64,000 nucleotides of DNA, taken from the NCBI GenBank assembly GCA_022840695.1, contig JALHDC010000004.1, positions 22,907 to 86,906 of the forward strand, in the 5' to 3' direction. Made by a program: the position numbers and the translations under genes. Under the pieces are notes generated by a model. The model was not told where the DNA came from. It worked only from the letters and a program-made list of their open reading frames with translations, and made no database searches. Origin of the DNA: a bacterium. GTDB taxonomy: Bacteria > Patescibacteriota > Dojkabacteria > SC72. Positions 37,096 to 47,366 of this stretch are shown here, piece by piece; the first letter of the stretch is position 1, and each line of letters starts with the position of its first letter.

Positions 37096-38131
37096 TCCAT
37101 TAATATTAGCAATAGATACAAGTTGTGATGATACATCTGTAGCTGTATTAAGAGGCAACAAGATTCTCTCTTCTGAAGTATCCTCGCAAGTGGAAATACA
37201 TGCAAAGTGGGGTGGAGTTGTTCCAGATATAGCTAGAAGGGAACATGAAAAAAACATCCCTATGGTGTATGAACAAGCTCTTAAGAAAGCTAAAGTAAAT
37301 ATAGAGGATATAGATTATGTTGCTTCTACATATGGTCCAGGATTAGCCATAGATTTGGAAGTGGGTTTGAACTTTGCTAAAGATCTTGCTATTAAAAACA
37401 ACAAACCCTTTATTCCAGTAAACCATATGGAAGGTCATCTACTATCTGGGTTAATTGGTATAGATGGAAAGAAATCAGAAGAATATTTTCCTGCTTTAGC
37501 CCTATTAATTTCTGGTAAACATACAGAAATAGTATATGTAGAAAAAATAGGTAGTTACAAAAAATTAGGGGAGACTTTGGATGATGCAGTTGGCGAAGCA
37601 TTAGACAAGGTAGCTAGAATGTTAGACTTAGGATATCCAGGAGGCCCTGTAATATGTGAATTCGCTAAGAAAGGAAAATCAGGAAACATATCCTTCACTG
37701 TACCTATGAAAAACTCCAAAGATCTAAATTTTAGTTACTCTGGATTGAAGACAGCGGCCCTATACAAAGTAAAAGAGTTAAGAGAAGAGGGAAGAAAAGA
37801 GAAAGAATGGGTATATGATTTTTGTAGAGGGTTCCTTGATGCAATTATAGAATCTTTAAAGATCAAACTGGAAAGTGCAATTGAACAACACAATGAAGTT
37901 GAAACACTGTTTGTAGGAGGGGGAGTATTTAATAGTGAAGAGATATTAAGAGAGATTGGTAAGATGGCAAGATCATATGGATTAAAATTTGTTTTTTCTG
38001 AAAAAGAATACAGAGGAGATAATTCAGGAATGGTAGGGATAGCTGCATATTACAAAATACTTAGGAAAGAGTACTTAACCTTAAAGGAAGATATTGAGAA
38101 AGTAGATAGAAATCCAAGACTATCTCTTTAG
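37088..38131 (+). CDS. tsaD: tRNA t6A threonylcarbamoyltransferase
   Basis: LAIDTSCDDT, GGVVPD, NHMEGH, DDAVGEA.DK, FSYSGLKT. Confidence 0.95.
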   Translation: MNNPLILAIDTSCDDTSVAVLRGNKILSSEVSSQVEIHAKWGGVVPDIARREHEKNIPMVYEQALKKAKVNIEDIDYVASTYGPGLAIDLEVGLNFAKDLAIKNNKPFIPVNHMEGHLLSGLIGIDGKKSEEYFPALALLISGKHTEIVYVEKIGSYKKLGETLDDAVGEALDKVARMLDLGYPGGPVICEFAKKGKSGNISFTVPMKNSKDLNFSYSGLKTAALYKVKELREEGRKEKEWVYDFCRGFLDAIIESLKIKLESAIEQHNEVETLFVGGGVFNSEEILREIGKMARSYGLKFVFSEKEYRGDNSGMVGIAAYYKILRKEYLTLKEDIEKVDRNPRLSL

Positions 38132-39397
38132 TATTTCTTCTATTTCTAATAGTCTATTATATTTCACTAATCTTTCTCCTCTTGATGGAGCTCCAAATTT
38201 ACAGAAATCTGCAGGTGTAGCTATTACTAAATCAGCAATGAAATCATCATTAGTTTCTCCACTTCTGTGTGATATTACAGAACTTAATCCATTGTCAGTA
38301 GATATCCTTATGGCATCTAAAGTCTCTGTAACACTCCCTATCTGATTTAATTTAATAAGGACACTGTTCATTGCTTTAGTATCTATACCATTCTGAATTC
38401 TTTTTACATTTGTAGTTAATAGATCATCTCCAATAATTACTAAATCTTTTCCTAACTCTTCTGTTAAACTTGTCCATCCGCTCCAATCATCTTGGTTCAA
38501 TGGATCTTCTATGGAATATATTGGATACTTTTTGTACCATTCCTTTTGTAGAGCTATCCATTCCTCAGTACTTAATTCTTTCTTTTCACTTTTCAAAATA
38601 TATTTTTCACTTTCTTCATTAAAGAACTCTGAACTTGCTAAATCCAAAGCAAATTTAAAATCATCTCCAACTTTAAATCCTGCTTTCTCTATACCCTTCA
38701 TTATTATCTCAAAAGCTTCTTCGTTACCTGTTAGTTCTTTTGGAGCATATCCTCCTTCTAAACCTAATCCGACAGAGTATCCTCTCTCATTTAAAACATC
38801 GTGTATATTATGAAATACCTCTGTACTTGATTTAAAGGCTTCTGAGAAACTTTTGAATTTATCCATATTTGGTACAATCATATATTCCTGTATATCAGTA
38901 GCCCAATTACCATGTTTTCCACCTTCCATAACCAATACCATGGGTGTAGGGAGTTTGAAATTACTTTCCTTGTACTCTTTGTCCCAATATATCATTGCGA
39001 GATATTCATAGAGATTTAGACCAAGGGAATTGGTAACTGCTCTTGCAAATGCCATTGAGCATGAAAGAATAGTATTTCCCCCAAGGTTTGATTTTAATTC
39101 CGTACCATCAGTACTATTTAATAGGTCATCAAATTCTTTTTGACTAGTAAATTCTTTGTCTACAACCAATTCCTTTATCTTCCCATTTATCGTTTCTACT
39201 GCCTTTAATACACCGTTTCCATTGTGTCTACTTGGATCATTGTCTCTTAATTCAAAAACTTCCGTTTTACCAGTAGATGAACCGGAAGGGACTTCTGATA
39301 CTCCTTTGTCTCCACTCCATAGTTCTATCTCTGTTGATATTGTAGGTATTCCTCTTGAATCTAGTATTTCTCTTGCATGTATATTTTTAATTTTCAT
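38120..39397 (-). CDS. eno: enolase
   Basis: REILDSRG.PT, VPSGSSTG, IKLNQIG, SHRSGET. Confidence 0.96.
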   Translation of the reverse strand: MKIKNIHAREILDSRGIPTISTEIELWSGDKGVSEVPSGSSTGKTEVFELRDNDPSRHNGNGVLKAVETINGKIKELVVDKEFTSQKEFDDLLNSTDGTELKSNLGGNTILSCSMAFARAVTNSLGLNLYEYLAMIYWDKEYKESNFKLPTPMVLVMEGGKHGNWATDIQEYMIVPNMDKFKSFSEAFKSSTEVFHNIHDVLNERGYSVGLGLEGGYAPKELTGNEEAFEIIMKGIEKAGFKVGDDFKFALDLASSEFFNEESEKYILKSEKKELSTEEWIALQKEWYKKYPIYSIEDPLNQDDWSGWTSLTEELGKDLVIIGDDLLTTNVKRIQNGIDTKAMNSVLIKLNQIGSVTETLDAIRISTDNGLSSVISHRSGETNDDFIADLVIATPADFCKFGAPSRGERLVKYNRLLEIEEILKR

Positions 39398-39495
39398 GTT
39401 CTTTTCTTAATATATTATGGTTACATTTTGCCTCAAACCAGATATTTTTGCAATTGAGTTTACATATGTAGTTTGATAGAATTGCTGTATAATAT

Positions 39496-39582
39496 GCCGA
39501 GGTGGTGGAATTGGCAGACACGCTACCTTGAGGTGGTAGTGGGATTTATACTCCCGTGCAGGTTCAACTCCTGTCCCCGGCA
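39496..39582 (+). tRNA. tRNA-Leu(GAG)
   Basis: Anticodon arm CTACC-TT-GAG-GT-GGTAG; long variable arm; CCA not encoded. Confidence 0.95.
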
Positions 39583-39593
39583 TATATATGTAG

Positions 39594-39667
39594 GGGCGAT
39601 TAGCTCAGCTGGTCAGAGCATCTCGTTTACACCGAGAGGGTCATAGGTTCGAATCCTATATCGCCCA
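39594..39667 (+). tRNA. tRNA-Val(TAC)
   Basis: GGGCGAT/ATCGCCC acceptor; TCTCG-TT-TAC-AC-CGAGA. Confidence 0.96.
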
Positions 39668-39753
39668 ATTTTCTTAAACAAATCTTTCTGATACTCTTGT
39701 CATCATACTCCCAGGTATGTAAAATGAATTAGGTTAATTTAACTGCCTTCTTA

Positions 39754-42700
39754 ATGAAAAATATTCAAAAGCATTTTAACGGGAGGAAACTGATTGTAAT
39801 CATGTGTATTTTTACTGTACTTACATTTCTTCCGATAGTAATATACCTATATCTTTCTAAAACCATACAGAGTGTAGCATATACTACATTAGACAATTTT
39901 AATAACACAGTTTATTTAGATATTGCTAATTCCACTAATTATTCCATTTCAAATGGATCTGTAAAAGTAGAACAAATCGCATATGGATATGGTACAGGAG
40001 CTGATGGCGCATGTACTGTGTCAGCAAATAAGGAAATAAATACGGGTAGTTGTGTTGGTAGAGCAAATGGAGATGCTGTAAATTTTAGGGTTACGGCCAA
40101 TGTTGCAGCTGGGAGTAATTCTGTTACATTAAGTTCTGCTCCTACAGGGTTAGCCATTGGAGACGAGATATTAATAATTAATCTACAAGGAACAGCAGCA
40201 GATTATGGAAATGTAGGGAAATATGATACGGCATATATTACTGGGATTAATGGTAATACTCTGGCCTTAGATAGTAATCTTGTTAATGGATATGATGGAA
40301 CAACACAGAAAATTATGGTTCAGAGGATACCACAATATACTGATGTAACTATAAATGCAGGTGTTAACTGGTATCCTTCTGCTTGGGATGGAACAAAGGG
40401 AGGAGTAATGATGTTTAAAGCAAATGGTACAGTTACAGTCAACGGTACTATTACGGTAGCAGGCAGAGGATATAGAGGAGGAGCAGCAGATATAGCAGGA
40501 GGTGCTGGTGAGACATTTGGTGGATATAATAGTGGAACAGGTGGAGATTATAATTTATATGGAGGTGTAAGTGATAGAGGAGAAGCTGGAAATATGGGGG
40601 GTGGAGGAGGCGGTGGCGGAAATTATCAGCATGCAAGTGGTGGGAATTCTGTTGGTGGTGCAGGTTCAGCAACAGGTGGTGCAGGAGGAGGAGGTGGTGG
40701 TGGATCAGGACTTGATTTTAGAAGATCTAGAGGAGGAGGTGGTGGAGGTGGAGGATATGGTACTGCTGCAACCGCAGGGGGTGGTTATCAAGCAGGTACT
40801 TCTGGAGGTACTAATGTGAGTGGTAATGGTGGAAGTGGAAGAGGAAGTAGTAATACAGGAACAGGAGGAGGTGGTGGTGGAGGTGGGACATATGGTGTTG
40901 CTGATTTAAGCAAAGTATATTTTGGTTCAGGAGGAGGTGGAGCAGGTACAGGAGGTCCTAGGAGAGGAGGAGCTGGAGGAATTGGGGGTGGTATTGTTAT
41001 AATATCAGCAAATTCGTTAACTGTAGAACCAACAGCTGGAGTAATTACAGCTGGAGGTTATGCCGGCAGTAATGCTGCATATTATGGACAATGGGCTTGT
41101 GCTGCTGAAGGATCTGGAGGAGGAGGTGGTGGTGCAGCTGGTGGATCTATTAAACTAATTACAAACTCAACCACTGCTGGAACTAATAGAATAAATAGTG
41201 ATGGTGGGAATGGTGGATTAGGAATATGTCATAATGGTGGTAATGGAGGTTCAGGAAGGGTAAGGATTCAATATGTATCATCTTTATCAGGAACAACTAG
41301 ACCTGCTGCAAGTACATTACAAGCTCCTTTATATAAAGATAGTATGATTTTACAATCGCTTGATTTAGTTCATATTGATAGTAATGCTGCAGTTCTTTCT
41401 TTTGCATATTCACTCTCTTCTAGCCCAGCAGGGACATCTAGTTCTGTTCAGTTTAGTACTGATGCGCTTACATGGTACAATTCTTCTGGGAATTTGGGAG
41501 GATCAGATTCTCTTTCTGTTGGTGTAGACAATATAATAGATCTTACAGCATTAGAATGGTTAACTCCTACCTTCTTCTACAAGATTACAACTAATACTAA
41601 TGGAGCAAGTACACCTGTTTTAGATAGCGTCTCTTTGAACTATGATATAACACCATCTGTACCAACGATCGGTGAACCAGAGGCCTTATCTACAGATACA
41701 ATAAGATGGAATTTCACAGATAACGCAACTAATGAAGAAGGTTTTATCTTAGTCGATGAGGAAGGAACCCTTATAAAATACTGCCTAGGAGAAAATCTTA
41801 CATACTGTGATGAAACAGGTTTGCAAGAGAACACTCAATACACAAGAGGAGTTAAAGCATATAATGCTCTCGGAGAGAGTGTATCTTCTGAAACAGCAAC
41901 GGTTTATACCCTCGTTTCAGTTCCTTCCATATTTCCTGGAGGTAGTAAAACAGCTTCCTCATTAACACTTTCTGCTTTAGGTCAAGTCAATAATTCTGAA
42001 ATATATTTTGACTGTGAAAATACAGGCTGTGATACTGGTATAAATGAATGGATATCAACAAGTACGGATGAAGTTACTAATCTTGATTTTAATACTCCAT
42101 ACACATTTAAAGTAAAAGGAAGGAATGGAGATAGTATCGAAACTCCATATTCTGAAAGTATCACGGTATATACATTAGCAGAAGTCCCTTCCATTTCCTT
42201 AACACCACTTTCATCTACATCCGTTACTCTAACAGCGGAAGGTATCAATAATGTTAATGAAGGTAACTCTGGTGTATTCTTTGAATGCGAAGAAGAGGAT
42301 TGTAGTGAAGGAATAACGGAATGGGTACAATCAGAAAGTACAACTGTAACAAACTTAGATCCCAATAGACTATATTTCTTTAGAGTAAAAGCTAGGAATT
42401 TTGATGGAGTAGAAAGTACATTCAGTGAATATATGGGAACATACACAAAGTCCAGTATTCCTAATATTCCAACAGTAGTTTCTCAGACAACAAATAGCAT
42501 AACTATCGCTCTCTCATCTGATAATAATCCAGAAGGTACACAGTATGCCATTATGGAAGAGAAAAGTGGAAAATATGTTGATATATCAACAGGTAGTTTG
42601 GTGGATGATCTAGTATGGGGGACATATACTCAATTCGGATCTGCGAATGGTAAAGAGGTAGTAGGTTTAGAAGTAGGTACAGAATATATATTTAAAGCAA

Positions 42701-45228
42701 AATCTAGAAATGAGGATGATATAGAAAGTGACTTCTCACAATCGGTTACTACCGCAACAAAATTAAATACTCCAACACTTCTCTCGGCTCTTACAACTAC
42801 CACAAACTCATTTACTTGGAGAGTAACAGATGAGAATGCCTCTAAAGTAGGATACAGAATATATGATAGTAACAACAATCTACTTCTAACCTGTTCTGTA
42901 AATACAATGAATCAATGTATAGAAGGAGGTCTTTCTTCTAATACTGAATACTCGAGAAAAGTTAAAGTATACAGTAATATTTCCGAAAGTGACTACTCCA
43001 ACACATTCCTCTTCTCTACATATTCTGAACCCTCAAATATCTCCTCACTGACTGCAGTAGGACCAACATCATTGAGATTAACGATATCTGGAAGTAGTAG
43101 AGATAATTTGCAAATAATGGAAAACAAAAGCAATCGATATTACAGCAATGACTTGAAGGTTCTTACAAGTACATCATCTATGATTCCATTTGCCTCTACT
43201 ATAGATATTGATGGCCTACTCCCAAATACACAGTATGAGTTTAAGATTAGAAGCTTAAATAGAAGGAATATTGCAACAGCATGGTCATCAAACCAATCCA
43301 CATATACATTGGCTCAAAGACCTGCCATGGTTAGAGTAAATGCTGTATCAAGCAATAGTGCTAGAGTATATATTAATTCCTTGGACAATCCTGCGGATAC
43401 AGAACTATTAATTAGAGAAAATAATACTGGTAACTATATAGATTTCAATACTGGAAGGATATCTACTCAGGAAGTATGGGGAACATTCGCGAATTTTGGT
43501 TCGACCAATGGAATTCTCCTTTCTGGATTAGAAGTAGGAACACAGTATGGATTTTCTGTAAAAGCTAGAAACAAGCTATTAGCTCAAACTGATTGGAGTG
43601 ATCCAATATTCATAGGAACGGGAGCAATTTTACAAAATGTTGATGCTAATTTAAGAGCTACATTAACAAATCAGGAAGTAGATTTGACTTCAAGAAGCAA
43701 TGCTCAATTTGGAGAAAAGATTGTTAGAGTAAAGAAAGGAGATATTCTGGTAGCAGATGTCCCTGTCCTATTTAACCAAGATCGTGATTGGGCCAATGCA
43801 GTTATACTAAGTTCCTCAACTGAAAGAAAAAGTGTGGTTAAGCTTGGACAATCTCATGGTGTCTCTAAACCATATACTATGTATGTAAACAGAGATGATA
43901 CAAATGGTTTTCTCATCTGTCCTGCAGTTTCAAAATTGGAAGATGTAAAAGAAAATTGTTTAGGTGGTGTAAGATTTACAGGAAATTTTCCTCAAACAAG
44001 AAGTGTAGAGGGAGTAAATGTAACTGTTTCTCAGACAGTTATAGGTGGAATTAATTATTGGATAGCTGATGGTCTAACAGGAACGGGTGGTTTAGGTTTC
44101 TATTTCGAAGAGCCTGTAAAAGAGACTCCTGTTAAAGAAGAAGTGAAAGAAGAGGGAAAGAATGAAACTTCTGCTGAAGGAAAGAAAGAAACCACTTTAC
44201 AAAAAATAGTGACTGTTTTAAGTGAAGGATACACTGTATTACAGAATGCAAAAAATAGTGCACTGGGTATTTTAGATAATACAGTGGTTAAGGATCTAAA
44301 AGAAAATGAGTTACAAACTGTTTCTACAACAGCTAATGTTGTTACTGTAACAGTAGGGACAACTGCACTGCTTGGAGGTTTAACACAATTAGGCTATGTA
44401 ATAGTACAATTCTTTGCTGTTGTATTAAGCTCCTTTGGTTTTAGAAAGAAAAGAGTTAATTACGGTTTTGTATATGATTCAAATACTAAGGAGCCTGTTC
44501 ATATGGCCTTAGTAAGAATATACAATACTAGAAAAAGATTGATGGATACTGCTGTTACAGATGTTAATGGAAGATTCTCTGCAAGTTTAAATAAAGGTAA
44601 GTATACAATTGAAGTATCTAAGTCTGGTTATGAGTTTCCTAGTGTATATGTAAAAGGTTCTCAAGACTATCCTTTACAAAATGTGTATACAGGAGCTTTA
44701 GAAATCCTTTCTGAAGATGCCGAGGTTCAGGTTGCAGTCCCTATAGATCCTAAAGAGATATTAGGAGCTATGATGTTCTTCTACAGAACAAAAAATGTGT
44801 TGCTTAAAATCCTTTCTGTTGCCAATATCTTCATATTCTTAATTGGTGTTGTTATTTCCTTCTACACATACTTCACTCATGAAAATGTCACAAATTTAAT
44901 GCTTTTGCTTCTTTACATAATTCCATTTGTAATATTGGTTAGATCTTTTGTTAACAAGAAGGGACAGTATGGAAAAGTAGTTGATGAAAATGGTAAATCT
45001 TTGTCTGGAATATCTGTGATAATAAGGGAAAAGGAATTTGATAAGGTGATTGCTAAGAGAGTAACAAATTCAAAAGGTAAGTATAGATTTATATTAGATA
45101 AAGGTAAGTATGAATTGGATATAGATGAAAAAGGTTATGAATTGATAGATATAAAGAGGGGTAGCTTAATAGATGTCAGAAGAGATAACTATGTTTTAAC
45201 AAAGAGAATTAAGGTGAAGAAGAGCTAA
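39754..45228 (+). CDS. giant surface protein: glycine-rich domain, FN3 repeats, C-terminal TM/carboxypeptidase-regulatory-like module
   Basis: N-terminal TM, poly-Gly tracts, repeated GL..NT.Y.F.VKARN. Confidence 0.87.
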   Translation: MKNIQKHFNGRKLIVIMCIFTVLTFLPIVIYLYLSKTIQSVAYTTLDNFNNTVYLDIANSTNYSISNGSVKVEQIAYGYGTGADGACTVSANKEINTGSCVGRANGDAVNFRVTANVAAGSNSVTLSSAPTGLAIGDEILIINLQGTAADYGNVGKYDTAYITGINGNTLALDSNLVNGYDGTTQKIMVQRIPQYTDVTINAGVNWYPSAWDGTKGGVMMFKANGTVTVNGTITVAGRGYRGGAADIAGGAGETFGGYNSGTGGDYNLYGGVSDRGEAGNMGGGGGGGGNYQHASGGNSVGGAGSATGGAGGGGGGGSGLDFRRSRGGGGGGGGYGTAATAGGGYQAGTSGGTNVSGNGGSGRGSSNTGTGGGGGGGGTYGVADLSKVYFGSGGGGAGTGGPRRGGAGGIGGGIVIISANSLTVEPTAGVITAGGYAGSNAAYYGQWACAAEGSGGGGGGAAGGSIKLITNSTTAGTNRINSDGGNGGLGICHNGGNGGSGRVRIQYVSSLSGTTRPAASTLQAPLYKDSMILQSLDLVHIDSNAAVLSFAYSLSSSPAGTSSSVQFSTDALTWYNSSGNLGGSDSLSVGVDNIIDLTALEWLTPTFFYKITTNTNGASTPVLDSVSLNYDITPSVPTIGEPEALSTDTIRWNFTDNATNEEGFILVDEEGTLIKYCLGENLTYCDETGLQENTQYTRGVKAYNALGESVSSETATVYTLVSVPSIFPGGSKTASSLTLSALGQVNNSEIYFDCENTGCDTGINEWISTSTDEVTNLDFNTPYTFKVKGRNGDSIETPYSESITVYTLAEVPSISLTPLSSTSVTLTAEGINNVNEGNSGVFFECEEEDCSEGITEWVQSESTTVTNLDPNRLYFFRVKARNFDGVESTFSEYMGTYTKSSIPNIPTVVSQTTNSITIALSSDNNPEGTQYAIMEEKSGKYVDISTGSLVDDLVWGTYTQFGSANGKEVVGLEVGTEYIFKAKSRNEDDIESDFSQSVTTATKLNTPTLLSALTTTTNSFTWRVTDENASKVGYRIYDSNNNLLLTCSVNTMNQCIEGGLSSNTEYSRKVKVYSNISESDYSNTFLFSTYSEPSNISSLTAVGPTSLRLTISGSSRDNLQIMENKSNRYYSNDLKVLTSTSSMIPFASTIDIDGLLPNTQYEFKIRSLNRRNIATAWSSNQSTYTLAQRPAMVRVNAVSSNSARVYINSLDNPADTELLIRENNTGNYIDFNTGRISTQEVWGTFANFGSTNGILLSGLEVGTQYGFSVKARNKLLAQTDWSDPIFIGTGAILQNVDANLRATLTNQEVDLTSRSNAQFGEKIVRVKKGDILVADVPVLFNQDRDWANAVILSSSTERKSVVKLGQSHGVSKPYTMYVNRDDTNGFLICPAVSKLEDVKENCLGGVRFTGNFPQTRSVEGVNVTVSQTVIGGINYWIADGLTGTGGLGFYFEEPVKETPVKEEVKEEGKNETSAEGKKETTLQKIVTVLSEGYTVLQNAKNSALGILDNTVVKDLKENELQTVSTTANVVTVTVGTTALLGGLTQLGYVIVQFFAVVLSSFGFRKKRVNYGFVYDSNTKEPVHMALVRIYNTRKRLMDTAVTDVNGRFSASLNKGKYTIEVSKSGYEFPSVYVKGSQDYPLQNVYTGALEILSEDAEVQVAVPIDPKEILGAMMFFYRTKNVLLKILSVANIFIFLIGVVISFYTYFTHENVTNLMLLLLYIIPFVILVRSFVNKKGQYGKVVDENGKSLSGISVIIREKEFDKVIAKRVTNSKGKYRFILDKGKYELDIDEKGYELIDIKRGSLIDVRRDNYVLTKRIKVKKS

Positions 45229-45245
45229 ATTTAGTATATAAACAT

Positions 45246-45536
45246 ATGACAATAGGGAGAATGATTTTTGTATTAGGGGGTTGTCTGGTACTAGGTTTAA
45301 TATCTGGTATCGTTACTAGGAATCTTCTTGTAGCTATAGCATTCCCATTTCTTTTAGTAATATTCATATTAATGTGGGTTAATCTTCGAAAGGAGATCAA
45401 GGATGATAAAGAAGATAATGATCAAGAGAATATTGCTAAAACTGGAGTAAATGATATTAATAGAGAGACTCAGCAGAGTAGTGAGGGATATACTCCCCCT
45501 CCAGTCTCTACTAACTATCCAAGTAAGCCATATTAA
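45246..45536 (+). CDS. small 2-TM hypothetical protein
   Basis: 96 aa, co-oriented 17 nt after the giant gene. Confidence 0.65.
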   Translation: MTIGRMIFVLGGCLVLGLISGIVTRNLLVAIAFPFLLVIFILMWVNLRKEIKDDKEDNDQENIAKTGVNDINRETQQSSEGYTPPPVSTNYPSKPY

Positions 45537-45559
45537 TAGTGGTATAATTGTGAATCAAT

Positions 45560-45633
45560 GGACGATTAGCTCAGCTGGTTAGAGCACTACATTCACATTG
45601 TAGGGGTCGTTGGTTCGAATCCATCATCGTCCA
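45560..45633 (+). tRNA. tRNA-Val(CAC)
   Basis: GGACGAT/ATCGTCC acceptor; CTACA-TT-CAC-AT-TGTAG; one T-stem mismatch. Confidence 0.92.
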
Positions 45634-45634
45634 A

Positions 45635-46126
45635 TTAACCTTTTAACTCACTAGTACAGTAAGGACACCTCTTAGCATCTTGATGTATATCAGATTTACA
45701 ATATGGACACTTCTTTGTACTATCCTGCTTCTTCTCTTCTTCCTTCCTGTTAAATTTGCTCAAAAGCTTTCCACTTTGATATACAAGTAGAAAAAGAATA
45801 AAGGCAGTTATTAAAAAAGTTATAAACTCATTAATAAAATTTCCATACTGTATTACAACAGCACCTGCTTCCTTTGCAGCATTCAAAGAATCATACTTAG
45901 TAGTAGTACCAAATACAAAATACAAACTTGTAAAATCTATACCTGATGTAATATGAGCTATTGGAGGGGTTAATATATCATTAACTAATGAATTAATAAC
46001 ATCCCTCAATGCAGCACCCAACATAATACCAACTGCAGCACCTAAAGTAGCTTCCTTTAATGCAAAATTCTTAAACTCATCAGAAAGTTTCTTGACTCTC
46101 TTCTCCAATCTTCTTTTCTCCACCAT
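45635..46126 (-). CDS. mscL: large-conductance mechanosensitive channel with C-terminal zinc ribbon
   Basis: EFKNFALK, AVGIMLGAA, SLVNDI.TP, YGNFI; CPYC...RCPYCTS. Confidence 0.9.
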   Translation of the reverse strand: MVEKRRLEKRVKKLSDEFKNFALKEATLGAAVGIMLGAALRDVINSLVNDILTPPIAHITSGIDFTSLYFVFGTTTKYDSLNAAKEAGAVVIQYGNFINEFITFLITAFILFLLVYQSGKLLSKFNRKEEEKKQDSTKKCPYCKSDIHQDAKRCPYCTSELKG

Positions 46127-47336
46127 TCTTTAATTTACTTAATTTAAATAACAGATATATCACTGTGAATAAAAATAGTGATCCAAAAACAATAACTTGA
46201 TTTTGCATAACCATATCTAAAGAATCATTCCTCTTAATGAAAAGAACTATTTGCAATACGGTTATAAATAGAAGAATGTATAAATATTTAAAATAACTTT
46301 TAGATATAAAAAAGTTTGTAGTCATATATACAAATGCAAAACCTGCCATACATAAACCAAAAATACCTATATACCTATTTATTCCGTTATACTGAGATCC
46401 AACAGTAATATCTACAACATGTCCGTTAAAGATGAAGAATAAAGTGGACAAGAATATTCCAATGAAAAGAGATAATCCTAAGGATAGGAGTAAACTCTTC
46501 TTCTGACTATTCTCATTCTTCTCATTTGTTAGTCTAGCAAACATAACGGAAGCTGTCGTGATCGATGCAAAGTATACCAATTTCCCAAGCAAAGATATTG
46601 CTGCATACTCCGCCCTGAATATTGGATTAACCAATATTAAATCAACAGTATATGGTGCTGTTAGAAGTAGGAAACAGGTTGTGATGAGTAATAACTCTTT
46701 AAAGTTTCTCTTTACCTCCTCACTCTTTCTAGAATCAAATTTAATTAATGGTAGTAATATCAATGTGGATAGCATTCCTGGAACAGAAGAAGCAAGTATT
46801 AAAAGAGGTAATGATCCTCCATATTTAATAGCTACTATACCCACTAAAAATCTAAGTACTGTTTCAATCAGAAGTACAATATTAACCTCTATAACCTTCT
46901 CTATACCCAAAAGTAATCCTTTCCCTACAGGACTTACAAAAGCAAAAAGTAGTGTTAATGATAGATATATGACTGTTTCTTTTGGTATAGAAGCTATATC
47001 TACAACTAAGTCTTTAAGAATAAAGAAAATCAAAGAAAGAAATATTCCAATTATGAAAAAAATTAACAATGATCTCCATTTATATCTCTCTAAATCCTTC
47101 TCTTTGTTTAAGGCTACATCCTTTGTAATAGTGGCTTGTATCGCTACAGCTGGGATCTGCAATATATATATAATTCCTAGTACAGAGCTGTAGAATCCAA
47201 ATATCTCTACAGTTGTATATCTTGCTACAAAAATATTGAAAAGATAGTTTAGTATACCGATGAATCCCCCTAATACGGTTGTTAAGAACAGATGTCTAAC
47301 AAAAAGGATCTCTTTTTCTGATAGTTTCCTAATCAT
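46080..47336 (-). CDS. polysaccharide flippase (Wzx/MATE-like)
   Basis: About 12 TMs, LNYLFNIFVAR...FGFYS. Confidence 0.8.
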   Translation of the reverse strand: MIRKLSEKEILFVRHLFLTTVLGGFIGILNYLFNIFVARYTTVEIFGFYSSVLGIIYILQIPAVAIQATITKDVALNKEKDLERYKWRSLLIFFIIGIFLSLIFFILKDLVVDIASIPKETVIYLSLTLLFAFVSPVGKGLLLGIEKVIEVNIVLLIETVLRFLVGIVAIKYGGSLPLLILASSVPGMLSTLILLPLIKFDSRKSEEVKRNFKELLLITTCFLLLTAPYTVDLILVNPIFRAEYAAISLLGKLVYFASITTASVMFARLTNEKNENSQKKSLLLSLGLSLFIGIFLSTLFFIFNGHVVDITVGSQYNGINRYIGIFGLCMAGFAFVYMTTNFFISKSYFKYLYILLFITVLQIVLFIKRNDSLDMVMQNQVIVFGSLFLFTVIYLLFKLSKLKNGGEKKIGEESQETF

Positions 47337-47366
47337 ATTTAGTCTATAATAGCATACGATAACTTT

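Noticed and set aside
46558-47193. Long antisense ORFs (also 26910..27440, 41982..42446, 36576..36986 and similar)
   Set aside because: Shadows of well-supported genes on the other strand with no motifs.
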